This document shows, in pieces, positions 53,366 through 62,100 of a DNA stretch of 63,148 nucleotides. How positions within the stretch are numbered: position 1 is the first letter of the stretch; the number at the start of each line of letters is the position of its first letter. The stretch is taken from contig CAXRAL010000015.1 in NCBI GenBank assembly GCA_964228815.1, forward strand, positions 1-63,148, written 5' to 3'. The notes beneath the pieces are model-generated. The model saw only the letters and a list, made by a program, of their open reading frames with translations. It ran no database searches and was not told where the DNA came from. Source of the DNA: Candidatus Poseidoniaceae archaeon (GTDB lineage: Archaea; Thermoplasmatota; Poseidoniia; Poseidoniales; Poseidoniaceae). The translations under genes and the position numbers were made by a program.

Positions 53366-54727
53366 GTGGCCTTCCCGTTCATGCTGGCGGCCTCTGCACC
53401 GTGGTACCTGCCAGCGCTGTTCCTTGCCTGCCTCTCGTGGACGGGCGCGTTTTCGCTCCTCGGAAGCCTTGAGGAACGTCCGCTGGTCAGAAGATTGTAC
53501 GTCTGGGCTCCACCCGTCATGGTCTTGGGCTTGCTGTTCTCAAGGGCCATTGACCTCATCGGGCTTGATGCCAACCATCCGGAAGTTGCGCTGATCTTGG
53601 GTCAAGGTGCCAGCCTGGAGGCTCGACTGCAGGTCCTGTTCACCGGACAGGGCGCGGTTGAAGGGGCCCTGTTCTCGTTGTTGGTGTTCGCCGTGCTCTC
53701 GCCCAAGTTGCCCAGCCTTCGTGCCGCCTCTATGGCCACCAAGGAAGCCATCCAATCCCGCATGATGACTCACGCCGGCTGGTGGGCGTTGCTCACGCTG
53801 ATGGTGGTCTTCGCTCCATCCGCCTATGAACCCATGGCCTCGGCCCCCACCGCCCCCACGCTCACGGCGTCGCCATGGGGGATGCTCGTTTCCACCGTTC
53901 TTTTCACCCTCCTGCTGATGATGGCGGGGGAGATCATGAGCGCCACGGCGCGCATGGCGTCGAGTGGCGAAACTCGTCTGTTGTTCCATCGTGCACTGAT
54001 GAAGACCGCAGCTGCGGGTGCCGTGGCGTGGTGGTTGTTGATGCAAACCGACGTGATGGCACCCGATTGGTGGGCTCGGCCGATGACGGACACACGCTTG
54101 GCCATGGGCTTACTCATCGCCACTTATGCGACCCTGATGGCCACGTCTCACGCTTTTTCCACGGTGGCCGAGGGCCTTCACTCAGCGGCCTCTCGTCAAG
54201 CCAACCTGCTCACCTGGAGCCTCGCCATCAACAGCGTGGTGTTGGTCAGCCTCACTTCCACCACCGCTCACGCAGTTGACGTGTACGGTTCGGGCGTTGA
54301 TGCTGCCTTGACCGGTTGGCGTTGGGCGGCGCTTGCGCTCATAGCGGGGGTGATGGCCATGGCCTTGCCCATGGTTGGTCTCGATGCTGCTCACCACCCG
54401 GAGGCGTGGTGGTTTCGCATAGCGATGATGCTGTTTCTGCCGGTGGGTGTGTTGATGGCCGACGGAGGCTGGCTCCTCCTACCGGCCATGTTGCTGGCTG
54501 GGGGCGTGTTTCCTGTCGTCCATTTGTTCGTCATGGGCGGTCCATCTCGTCGAACGCCCGGCGTTTTCACCACCATCCTTCTGCTGGCGGGGTGGTTTTT
54601 CTGCGCTACGTCTTCACCCGAGCAAGCGCTGTTTTGGGCCACGGCGAGTGTAGTTTCCATCAACGTGTTTGCGGGCGCATGGTACCGACGTGAACGTCAG
54701 CGAAGCCCTTCGGAATCGGTGGCTTGA
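53366..54727 (+). CDS. Hypothetical polytopic membrane protein (about 12 TM helices)
   Basis: 453-aa ORF (GTG start; ATG 53381 is an alternative). Almost entirely hydrophobic helices. No family recognised. Confidence 0.55.
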   Translation: MAFPFMLAASAPWYLPALFLACLSWTGAFSLLGSLEERPLVRRLYVWAPPVMVLGLLFSRAIDLIGLDANHPEVALILGQGASLEARLQVLFTGQGAVEGALFSLLVFAVLSPKLPSLRAASMATKEAIQSRMMTHAGWWALLTLMVVFAPSAYEPMASAPTAPTLTASPWGMLVSTVLFTLLLMMAGEIMSATARMASSGETRLLFHRALMKTAAAGAVAWWLLMQTDVMAPDWWARPMTDTRLAMGLLIATYATLMATSHAFSTVAEGLHSAASRQANLLTWSLAINSVVLVSLTSTTAHAVDVYGSGVDAALTGWRWAALALIAGVMAMALPMVGLDAAHHPEAWWFRIAMMLFLPVGVLMADGGWLLLPAMLLAGGVFPVVHLFVMGGPSRRTPGVFTTILLLAGWFFCATSSPEQALFWATASVVSINVFAGAWYRRERQRSPSESVA

Positions 54728-54807
54728 CCCTTCTGCCGGTCGCGCTCTTTAAGAGTGCACGAGCGAAGCGGCGACTGAAATCTTCGGATTTCAGGGATGG
54801 GACCCTT

Positions 54808-55164
54808 ATGGCACGAGCATTTCGCGCAGGCGTTGAACCACGACGAAAATTACGAATGCCGCTGCGCCAACGACTCTGGCGCCCGGTTCAAGACCTCGCT
54901 TCACTCACCTCCCGGGCACAGCGTATCGGCGAACAAATGGGTCCGCTGACCGAGGTTCCAGCCCTCGTCCGCATTGAAAACGAGCACTGGATCTTTGAGC
55001 GGATCGAAGCCGCCACGCTTCAGGAACTCACCCACCGGTTGGTGCTTCAAACCAGTGACGGCCAAGAGGTACTGGGCGTAACCGAAGACCTCTCAACGGC
55101 GCTTGAAGTAGCTCGTTGCATGGCAGAAAACGACCAACGGGTCGTGTTGATCCAGCCGTTGTAG
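54808..55164 (+). CDS. Hypothetical small protein
   Basis: 118 aa from ATG 54808; the ORF track begins at a TTG at 54724. No motifs recognised. Confidence 0.4.
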   Translation: MARAFRAGVEPRRKLRMPLRQRLWRPVQDLASLTSRAQRIGEQMGPLTEVPALVRIENEHWIFERIEAATLQELTHRLVLQTSDGQEVLGVTEDLSTALEVARCMAENDQRVVLIQPL

Positions 55165-55166
55165 GT

Positions 55167-55358
55167 TCAGAACAGGTTCCAAATGGCCTGAACAACACCT
55201 TGGTTGACGAGGTAAAAGAAACCGCCGAGAGCGATGCAGGCGAGGTAGACTTGCGCTGGCGTGATCTTCCACGATTCTTCGGATTCCTCATCGAAATACC
55301 GAATCAAACCTGCAGCCTGCTGGATGCCGCTGCCGTCGCTTTTCTTCTTCGTCGCCAT
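55167..55358 (-). CDS. secG: Preprotein translocase subunit Sec61beta (archaeal SecG)
   Basis: 63 aa. MATKKKSDGSGIQQAAGLIRYFDEE...KITPAQVYLACIALGGFFYLV gives the characteristic AGL(I/M)RYFDE motif plus a single C-terminal TM helix. Confidence 0.8.
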   Translation of the reverse strand: MATKKKSDGSGIQQAAGLIRYFDEESEESWKITPAQVYLACIALGGFFYLVNQGVVQAIWNLF

Positions 55359-55408
55359 GGGGACCGGTTGTGGCCAGCGACCTCACCCTTATCAACGCGA
55401 CGCGTCGT

Positions 55409-56347
55409 TCATTCTTCCTCGTCAACGGGGGCGTCGTTTGTCAAATCAACGAACGGTACCTCCTCTTCGGCGAACAATGACGCTTTCATCTCAAGCACCC
55501 CGCCCGCGCGCTCATCGCTCTTGCTCATGATGTCCCCGCCGTCTGAGAACCGAGTGTTTGGGGCAGGAATGTAGTCCGCGTCGGGATTGGCTGCCATCTG
55601 AATCAGGGTCGCTTCAAGGCGTGCGATGGCTCGTTCAACACCTGGCGCATTGTCTTCTGCCAAGGCTTGTCGTGCCATGTGGAGGTCGTCGTCGATGATG
55701 GCCCGCCATTCGTCAGCCTCGTCGATCGTTTCGGACCACGCCTCCATGGCCCGGGTGCGCATGGATTCAATGAATTCGTTCAAGTCGTTCTTCCCGGTTT
55801 CGAACAGTGCTCGCCAGTGCCGCTCATTTTCCTTGAGGTTCACCTTGAGGTGCCGACCCGCCCATCGTTCAGCCCCTCTCAGGTGAGCCATTTCCCACGG
55901 CGATTGACCGAGAGCGCTGCAGGTATCGAGCACGAGGCGAGCTCGCTCGGCCAGCGGCCCACCAAGGCGAATCACGTTCAGGTAGCCCGAGGTCACGAGC
56001 CCCCAACCCCAGTACGGGACGGATTGAATTTCCACGCGGAGGTCACCGCTGTTGGTTACAAGCGTCCATCGCTGCTCATTGTAGCCGGGCGCCCGGGTGA
56101 ACACGGGCGTGTCGGGATGCGCGAGTTGGGCCAAGATGGCTTTCGCAACGTCACCGAGGTAGACCACCCGGCTTGGGCCGCTGTAGTGCTTACCGCGCAG
56201 CAGTTGATGTGCCGTGTCAATTTTGTGGGATGCATCAGCGTGCCTCACTTGAGCCATCAACACCGAATGCGTTGCGTTCACCACTTCGTCCACGGCACTC
56301 CCCACGTTGACCTGTGGACAGGCGAGGCACTGATGAAGGAACCGCAT
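55409..56347 (-). CDS. Hypothetical protein with acidic C-terminal tail
   Basis: Start trimmed to ATG 56347 (MRFLHQCLACPQ...). The upstream 205 codons of ORF 55409-56962 are the antisense reading of an Ala/Lys-repeat gene. No family recognised. Confidence 0.55.
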   Translation of the reverse strand: MRFLHQCLACPQVNVGSAVDEVVNATHSVLMAQVRHADASHKIDTAHQLLRGKHYSGPSRVVYLGDVAKAILAQLAHPDTPVFTRAPGYNEQRWTLVTNSGDLRVEIQSVPYWGWGLVTSGYLNVIRLGGPLAERARLVLDTCSALGQSPWEMAHLRGAERWAGRHLKVNLKENERHWRALFETGKNDLNEFIESMRTRAMEAWSETIDEADEWRAIIDDDLHMARQALAEDNAPGVERAIARLEATLIQMAANPDADYIPAPNTRFSDGGDIMSKSDERAGGVLEMKASLFAEEEVPFVDLTNDAPVDEEE

Positions 56348-56414
56348 CTTGGCGCCGTGGATTCGTGCAGGAAGGTTCAATATGGGCCCATTCCATGGCA
56401 AAACAGGTGAAACC

Positions 56415-56918
56415 ATGGCAGGGAAAGCAAGCGGTTCGGGCATCACATCGTTGCCCGGTGTTGGTGCAGCAACGGCAAAGAAACTGACAGCGGCAAAATT
56501 GGGGACCGTGGCCAAGTTGGCAAAAGCCAGCGTTGGCGACCTGCAAAAAGCAGGTCTCTCGGCCGCTGTTGCCAAGAAGGTCTCGGCCGCCGCCAAGGCA
56601 GCTACAGCCACCAAAGAAGCAGCAAAGAAAGCCACTGAAAAAGCAGCCGGCGCAGCGAAGAAGGCCGCATCAAAGGCTAAATCTGCCTCCAAGAAGGCTG
56701 CTACGAAAGCCAAATCCGCTTCAAAGAAAGCGGCCACTTCGACCAGAGCGGCCACCGAAAAAGCCGTTGGAAAAGGGCAGAAGGTGGCCGAAAAGGTCGT
56801 CGAGAAAACCAAATCGGCAGGAACGAGCCTCAAAACCTCGAAGGACAAGGACCGAAAAGGCTCCAACATCAGTGTTCCAAAGTCCGTCAAGGACATGCCG
56901 TGGTTCAAGAAGCGGTGA
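56415..56918 (+). CDS. Helix-hairpin-helix DNA-binding protein with Ala/Lys-rich histone-H1-like tail
   Basis: Two HhH motifs (ITSLPGVGAATAKKL; VGDLQKAGLSAAVAKKV), then about 100 aa of AKK-type low complexity that includes a direct repeat KAKSASKKAAT x2. Start trimmed to ATG 56415. Confidence 0.65.
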   Translation: MAGKASGSGITSLPGVGAATAKKLTAAKLGTVAKLAKASVGDLQKAGLSAAVAKKVSAAAKAATATKEAAKKATEKAAGAAKKAASKAKSASKKAATKAKSASKKAATSTRAATEKAVGKGQKVAEKVVEKTKSAGTSLKTSKDKDRKGSNISVPKSVKDMPWFKKR

Positions 56919-57154
56919 GACCACCACTTCGCAACCGCTACCTTTGAAGGCCTTCTCGCCAAATTCCGTTCATGCCAAGGCGAAAGTACGGTCGCCTTCG
57001 CAAAACGGTCGAACTTCCTCCAAAAGGAAACTGTTCTCGTTGCCGCTCAGGCAAACACTGCCCCATTGAAGGCCATCAAGGGAAGACCATTCATCCGCAC
57101 CGAGATTGGGTGGGTCCTGAACGGGTGATGAAGCGGAAAAAATCAACCTCGTGA

Positions 57155-58240
57155 TCACACGATGCCGTGCGTACTGGTGGAGGGTGTGGCCTCTTCGACA
57201 GGGGCGCTTTCCATCGGGCGTTCGTCCATGTCTTCGCGCATGGATTGGGCACGGTGGTACACCTCTCTCAGGGTTTGGTCGGAAATCTCGAGGTAGACAC
57301 GGGTGGTTGCGATGGTGGCGTGCCCCATCAAACGCTGAATGGTGACCAAATCGGCACCGCGCTCAAGCAGCCCGGTGGCGAAGTTGTGCCGAAGCACGTG
57401 CGGCGTCAACTTTCCTTTGGGGAGGTTGGCTTCCTGGCCGAGCGAATCCATCATGCGCTGAACCCCGCGCGGCTGGAGACGTCGTCCGTAGCGGTTCACA
57501 AAACAGGCCGACTCGGATGTGGATGCAAGTCGGTTGCGGATGGGGATCCATGCCCGAAGGCGTTCAACGGTTCGCTTGGTGAACAACACCAATCGGTCTT
57601 TGTCACCTTTTCCGCCCAGAACGCGAGCGGAACCGTCATCAAAATCGATGTCTTCCATGTTGAGCTCACAGATTTCACTGACCCGCATGCCCGTGTCGAG
57701 CATCATGGTTACCACGAGCGAGGCTGCTGGGTCTTCACTCAGGGTCGCCACTTCAAGGACGGAAGTCAATTCACGCCGCGTCAACGTCCTTGGCAGGCGC
57801 TTCCCGGTTCGTGCTCGCTGAAGATGGTCGGGCCACATCAATCCGAGCCAGCGAATAAGGTGGCGTGCCGCGGCAATCCGTGCATTGTAGGTCGTCGGTT
57901 TGAGGCCCGCAATGCTGTGCGCCCATAGGTCGAGGCGACCGTTCATGGGTTCCATTCGTTCAGCGAGCGTCTCAATGCTGAGGGACTCGTACATCTCCTC
58001 GTCGAGGACGTCCTCTCCAGGAAGCACCGTTTCAACCAGTGGCCGTAGCCCGTAAAAGTAGGATTTCTGTGTGTTCTCGGATTTGTTTTCCGTTTGCAGT
58101 TGACGACGGTAGCATTCCAGCCAGGGAAGGTGTCGGAGATGAATGAGTCGAGCGGGGAGCGTCACCTGTTCTTGCGTAAGACGACGTTGACTTGGCCTCC
58201 GCGCTTGCGGTTGTGGCGTTCGCATCCCTCGTTCGTTCAT
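57155..58240 (-). CDS. xerA: Tyrosine recombinase, XerA/XerC/XerD family
   Basis: N-terminal SAM-like core-binding domain (NTQKSYFYGLRPL). Catalytic residues in MLDTGMRVSEI (Arg), GKGDKDRLV (Lys), LTPHVLRHNFAT (HxxR) and LMGHATIATTRVYLE (His...Tyr). Confidence 0.88.
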   Translation of the reverse strand: MNERGMRTPQPQARRPSQRRLTQEQVTLPARLIHLRHLPWLECYRRQLQTENKSENTQKSYFYGLRPLVETVLPGEDVLDEEMYESLSIETLAERMEPMNGRLDLWAHSIAGLKPTTYNARIAAARHLIRWLGLMWPDHLQRARTGKRLPRTLTRRELTSVLEVATLSEDPAASLVVTMMLDTGMRVSEICELNMEDIDFDDGSARVLGGKGDKDRLVLFTKRTVERLRAWIPIRNRLASTSESACFVNRYGRRLQPRGVQRMMDSLGQEANLPKGKLTPHVLRHNFATGLLERGADLVTIQRLMGHATIATTRVYLEISDQTLREVYHRAQSMREDMDERPMESAPVEEATPSTSTHGIV

Positions 58241-58356
58241 TTGGCGTCACCGCCTCCCGCCGGAGCGGGTGTGCATCCCGTGTCCCTGAGGACATTGGGA
58301 AGTAAGTGGCCGTGTTTATCAACTCATCGTTGATGATGAGGGTAAGAAAGGGAAGG

Positions 58357-58388
58357 GGCCTGTCTCGTGCCTTGGCACCAGAGAGGCC
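58357..58388 (-). terminator. Imperfect hairpin downstream of the MC1 gene (possible terminator element)
   Basis: GGCCTGTCTCGTGCC-TT-GGCACCAGAGAGGCC has 13 of 15 positions paired. It lies 50-80 nt past the MC1 stop, and on the coding strand is followed by a T-containing tract (CCTTCCCTTTCTTACCC). Confidence 0.3.
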
Positions 58389-58437
58389 GTTGTACAACTC
58401 AGAGAGCTGGAAGAAGGGTCAGCACAGGCTGCAATCC

Positions 58438-58707
58438 TCAGTCGAGGTGCAGAATGCCTTGCTTCTTGACGTTGGCCTTCTTGATCTTGTCAGGAAGCCA
58501 GTCAGGACCGCCAGCGGGCTTGTCGACCATCGAAATGCTGCCAGTGAAGTGGTGAACACGCTTGGTGCCACGCTCTCGCAGTTTGATGTCGGTGTGTCCA
58601 CGGGTTGCAGCCTTGAGGGCTGCACCGCGGGGTTGCTTGCTTGCAAATACTTGCGTCGTGTCCTTTCCGTTCTCCATGAGAACGAAGTATTTCTTTCCGT
58701 CTGCCAT
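58438..58707 (-). CDS. Chromosomal protein MC1
   Basis: 89 aa. FASKQPRGAALKAATRGHTDIKLRERGTKRVHHFTGSISMVDKPAGGPDWLPDKIKKANVKKQGILHL is colinear with Methanosarcina MC1 (FTGKQPRQAALKAANRG...IRLRERGTKKVHVF...PAWMPEKISKPFVKK), recalled from memory. Confidence 0.85.
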   Translation of the reverse strand: MADGKKYFVLMENGKDTTQVFASKQPRGAALKAATRGHTDIKLRERGTKRVHHFTGSISMVDKPAGGPDWLPDKIKKANVKKQGILHLD

Positions 58708-58715
58708 TTGGATTT

Positions 58716-58757
58716 CCTCCGGTACAGCGTTTCACCCTAGAGCATATAATAATTTTG
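58716..58757 (-). promoter_or_regulatory. Putative strong promoter and Shine-Dalgarno element of the MC1 gene
   Basis: On the coding strand, AAAATTATTATATG (58744-58757) is a TATA-like box about 40-50 nt upstream of the ATG. GGAGG (58716-58720) lies 8 nt upstream of the ATG. Confidence 0.5.
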
Positions 58758-58856
58758 GAAAAAAACAGGCATACTGCGCCACATATGCCGCACAGTACCC
58801 CATTCCGAAGCGTGTTTTTCCACCTCATTGGCGCAGTCCATCGGTTTCAAACGACC

Positions 58857-59093
58857 TCAATCGAGGTCGGCGCCCGCCAGTGTTTTGGTGTCGACCACGC
58901 CCTCCACCGAGCGGATGTGTTCAACCACGGCTTTGGCGATGGTGGCCAGGTCGTCGGCTTCCAACTTCAAAATGAGATCGTGATCGCCGAACAGAACCGT
59001 CGCATCCGTCACGTGAGGGAGCGCACGCACACCCTCATAGACGCGTTGTTCGGTTCCGGGTTGAACGTTGATGAGGACGTATCCAATGGCCAT
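58857..59093 (-). CDS. Stand-alone Lrp/AsnC ligand-binding (RAM) domain protein
   Basis: 78 aa from ATG 59093. MAIGYVLINVQPGTEQRVYEGVRALPHVTDATVLFGDHDLILKLEADDLATIAKAVVEHIRSVEGVVDTKT has the beta-alpha-beta-beta-alpha-beta RAM pattern without an HTH. Confidence 0.75.
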   Translation of the reverse strand: MAIGYVLINVQPGTEQRVYEGVRALPHVTDATVLFGDHDLILKLEADDLATIAKAVVEHIRSVEGVVDTKTLAGADLD

Positions 59094-59118
59094 GGCGGGT
59101 ACTGGTGGTGCCAGCACA

Positions 59119-62100
59119 TCACCCTTCCGATGATGATGAGGCTTCTGCGAGCGTGGCTATTGACTCCTCGACGTAGGTCGTCCATTGCTCGTCCGTCCAA
59201 CCATCAGGCGTTGGGCCGTCCAACCATGCGGTGTAAGCCTCCAAGGTCCATCCCTCCGGAACGATGGATGGAACCGTGTCTTCGGTACTCAACTCACCGT
59301 TGGGTCCCGAACTCAAGTCGCCGTTGTTTTCCGTGGATTCGTTGTTCTCCTCCTCGAACAGGTCCAACACGGCCTCACGTTCAAACAGGTCTTCCGTGTT
59401 CACCAGAGGGTCAAACACATCGTTGCCCCAAGCTTTGTCCACACCGTCTGTGGTTCGCCGTCGAAGCACCGTGGTGAGCGCCACCGCCGCTGCTGCCAGA
59501 CCTCCCAATCCAAGGAACACCATGTTGAGCGACTCGCTACCTTGCGTGGTCGGTTTCGGCGTCGCATCGTCGACCGAGTCGCATCCCACACAGGTGTCGG
59601 CAGGGCCGATGAGAACGGAAGCCGACGAGGCGAAGACTTGCTGGAGTTCATCCAGACAGGTCAGATTGGCCGTGAGGGTGGTGTTGGCAAGGCTGAGAGG
59701 GATGGGATATTGGAACCGCAGGACGTTGGTGAACACCCCTTCAGGTCCACCAGTGACCACCGCTTGGGTCAAAAGATTCCCTGCTTCGCCGTAGAGGTTG
59801 TAGGCGCACGCCACCTGCTCCAAACCGTCGAGGTCGCTGACCGTGTAATTGGTGTACAAGTCGCTGCCCGGTTTCGCCGCAGAGAACACCACCTCCTCAA
59901 TGACGGTCGGTGCGTGTTGGAAGAACAAATCGAGTGATTCAGATTTGATCAGCCCGTCGAGGTCGCTCACGGAGAAGACCGCTTTCCCTTCACCGTCGAC
60001 CAGCGAGTTGTCCAGTTTGAGTCGGAAATAGAACACTTGGAGATCATCATCTTGCACCAAGAGCCTGCAAGCCTCCGGTGCGGCACCCCATGTCGGGGCC
60101 TCAATCAACGGTGCATTGATTGCCCATCCTGTTTGGGCAAGTTGAGCGCTGGCGCTCTGTATCGGCCGGTCGCTTTCCACGACCACGATCAAGGTAGCGA
60201 CCTGCCCAAAGGTCATGTTCGCTACACGACCTTGATCATCGCATGCTTCGAACAGCACGACCGAAGGGGGCGTGAGAAGGAACGGGACGCTGAGACTCAT
60301 CGAGGCCGTTGCACCGTGCATCCCTCGACCGCTGGCCGTCAACTGCAGTTCTCCACCCTCCAATGGAACCATCAACTGGCCAAGCGGCATCACCGCCTCG
60401 CGTTCACCCTGACCAATGTCAAGCGGGAGTTGGATGGGCTCGCCACCGGGCCACTGCAGGGTCAAATCACCGACAAAAGAGGTGTTGGGGTCGTCGACAT
60501 CGGCCACTTCAATTCGTATCTGTTCCTTGCCGTCGCCCACCACGCGGTCGAGCGCCGTGCCGTTTGTCGATTCGACATGGACCGTGAGAACAGGCGCTTG
60601 GTCGGCCACACGCAAGGTCCGCTGGAGGAGAAGTGAGCCAGCATCGGTACGGACTTCGAGTTCCACATCGTCAAGTGCGCTGCTCAGGTCGAGCGCAAAG
60701 GTCGTCGTGTAGCAGTAAAGGTGGGCGGCCGATTGAGGCACGTATGACGTGTTGCCCAGCGTGCCGCGATTGGTCATGAACACCGGCGCAGGCGCATGCA
60801 GATCGTAATCGGCATCCATCACGCAAGCGGTCAGTGTTGTCGCCTCGTGCCGGGGTAAGCCGACCGCTGGTTTGTTGGGCAAGAAGGAAGCGTTGTTCCA
60901 TGACGGTGGGTCAACGCCCGAGGCGTGCGGGCCGTACCAGGTCGGCGGAGCATCCACCACTTGCGTGACGTTGTTGACGGTCATCGTCGCCGACAACTGT
61001 TGTTCGTCCCCCACCGTCGCCCGAAGCACTACGCCGCCAAGGGCGGCATCGGCTGGAATCACCAACGAACCCTCCCATTTCGTCTCGCTGACCGGTCCGA
61101 GGTGAAGCACGTTCCACGTCGTTTCGTTCAGTGTCCCGTTCTGAGAAACGATTTGCCAAGCCAGCGTGGCGTTGACCACGCCGATGTCATCGCTGGTTTC
61201 CACCGAACAAATCGTGTAGCCACCCCGTGAAAGCGAGGACGCGCTGCAGTAGACGTCCTCGATGACAGGGGGCGCGTTGACGATGACCGAGAGGGATTGG
61301 AGATTGTTCCCAAAATGACGTTCTGGTGTCCCGTTGACATAGCGAACGCGCAGGTCAAGGTACCCGCTTGTCGTTGGCACTACGGTCACGTTCACCGTGG
61401 TGCGGCTGCCGTGCTCATCGCCTGCTGGAAGCGTCAACGGCGTTTGGTTCAGAAGGATGTTACCGAGGACGCCGCGCACCTCCAACGTGCCGTTGGACGC
61501 CGCCATGCCGAGGTTTTCGACCATGACTTCAATCGTCGTCGGCTCGCCGAGGTTGACGAAACCGGTTGAACGGACTGCAACCAAGTTCACATCGTGAAGG
61601 GTGCTGACATAGGGGGCCATCTTTGGGTCGCCGACCACCACGCCCATCCATCCGGTGTACAGGTTGGCAGCGGCGTGACTTTCGGCCAAATTGTAGCCTG
61701 AAGCATAGGTGGGCATGAAGGTGCTCGGCAAGCCGACGGCCGTCAGGTAGGGTTCGTAGACGTAGCCCTTGGCTCCCGACACACCGTCTTCAAGGAGGTC
61801 AGCGATGAGGGATTGACCGTAGGCTGTGCCCCAGTTGAACGAACGTCCGCCCGTGGAGACAGCGGTGTCTGCGATGGAACCGTTGACCCAATCCATGTGG
61901 GGCCGGATGGCTCGGAGAATCACAGAATCAATGTAGAGTGAACCAACGGTGGAGGTGGATTCGATGTCGAGCAACACCTTGATGTTCAGGTCTGTGGCTT
62001 CGGCAGCCGGGCGCATTCGCATGGTTTGTGAGGCCCAGGAGGTCGTGAACGTCTTGGCGTTTGACGTGTTGGTGGAGAGCAGGGTACCCGTGCTGTCAGC

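Noticed and set aside
56348-56962. N-terminal 205 codons of ORF 55409-56962 (Ala/Phe/Leu-rich pseudo-membrane sequence)
   Set aside because: This stretch is the reverse complement of the Ala/Lys-repeat gene 56415-56918, where GCN-AAR codons read backwards as Phe/Leu/Ala. The HhH motifs on the + strand are real, so the - strand gene was trimmed to ATG 56347.
56972-57154. 60-aa basic ORF (MPRRKYGRLRK...CSRCRSGKHCPIEGH) in the 236-bp gap between the HhH gene and xerA; possible zinc-knuckle micro-protein
   Set aside because: - No GGAGG or TATA element upstream.
- Third-position GC appears lower than in neighbouring genes.
- An equally long ORF exists on the opposite strand (56970-57158).
It is kept only as a note and would need conservation or Ribo-seq evidence.
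57167-57928. 253-aa ORF on the + strand
   Set aside because: It is antisense to xerA, which contains the complete R-K-HxxR-H-Y catalytic signature.
42266-58240. Integrated mobile element bounded by tRNA-Ser and the tyrosine recombinase
   Set aside because: The intervening 15 kb encode core functions: the oxidase operon, Lrp, RNA methyltransferase and Sec61beta. Composition is uniform. The recombinase is 15 kb from the tRNA, and I saw no att-like repeat. It fits a chromosomal XerA better than a phage or plasmid integrase.
58329-58340. C-box-like GATGATGA suggesting a C/D box sRNA upstream of xerA
   Set aside because: No matching D box (CUGA) or C'/D' pair at appropriate spacing on either strand.
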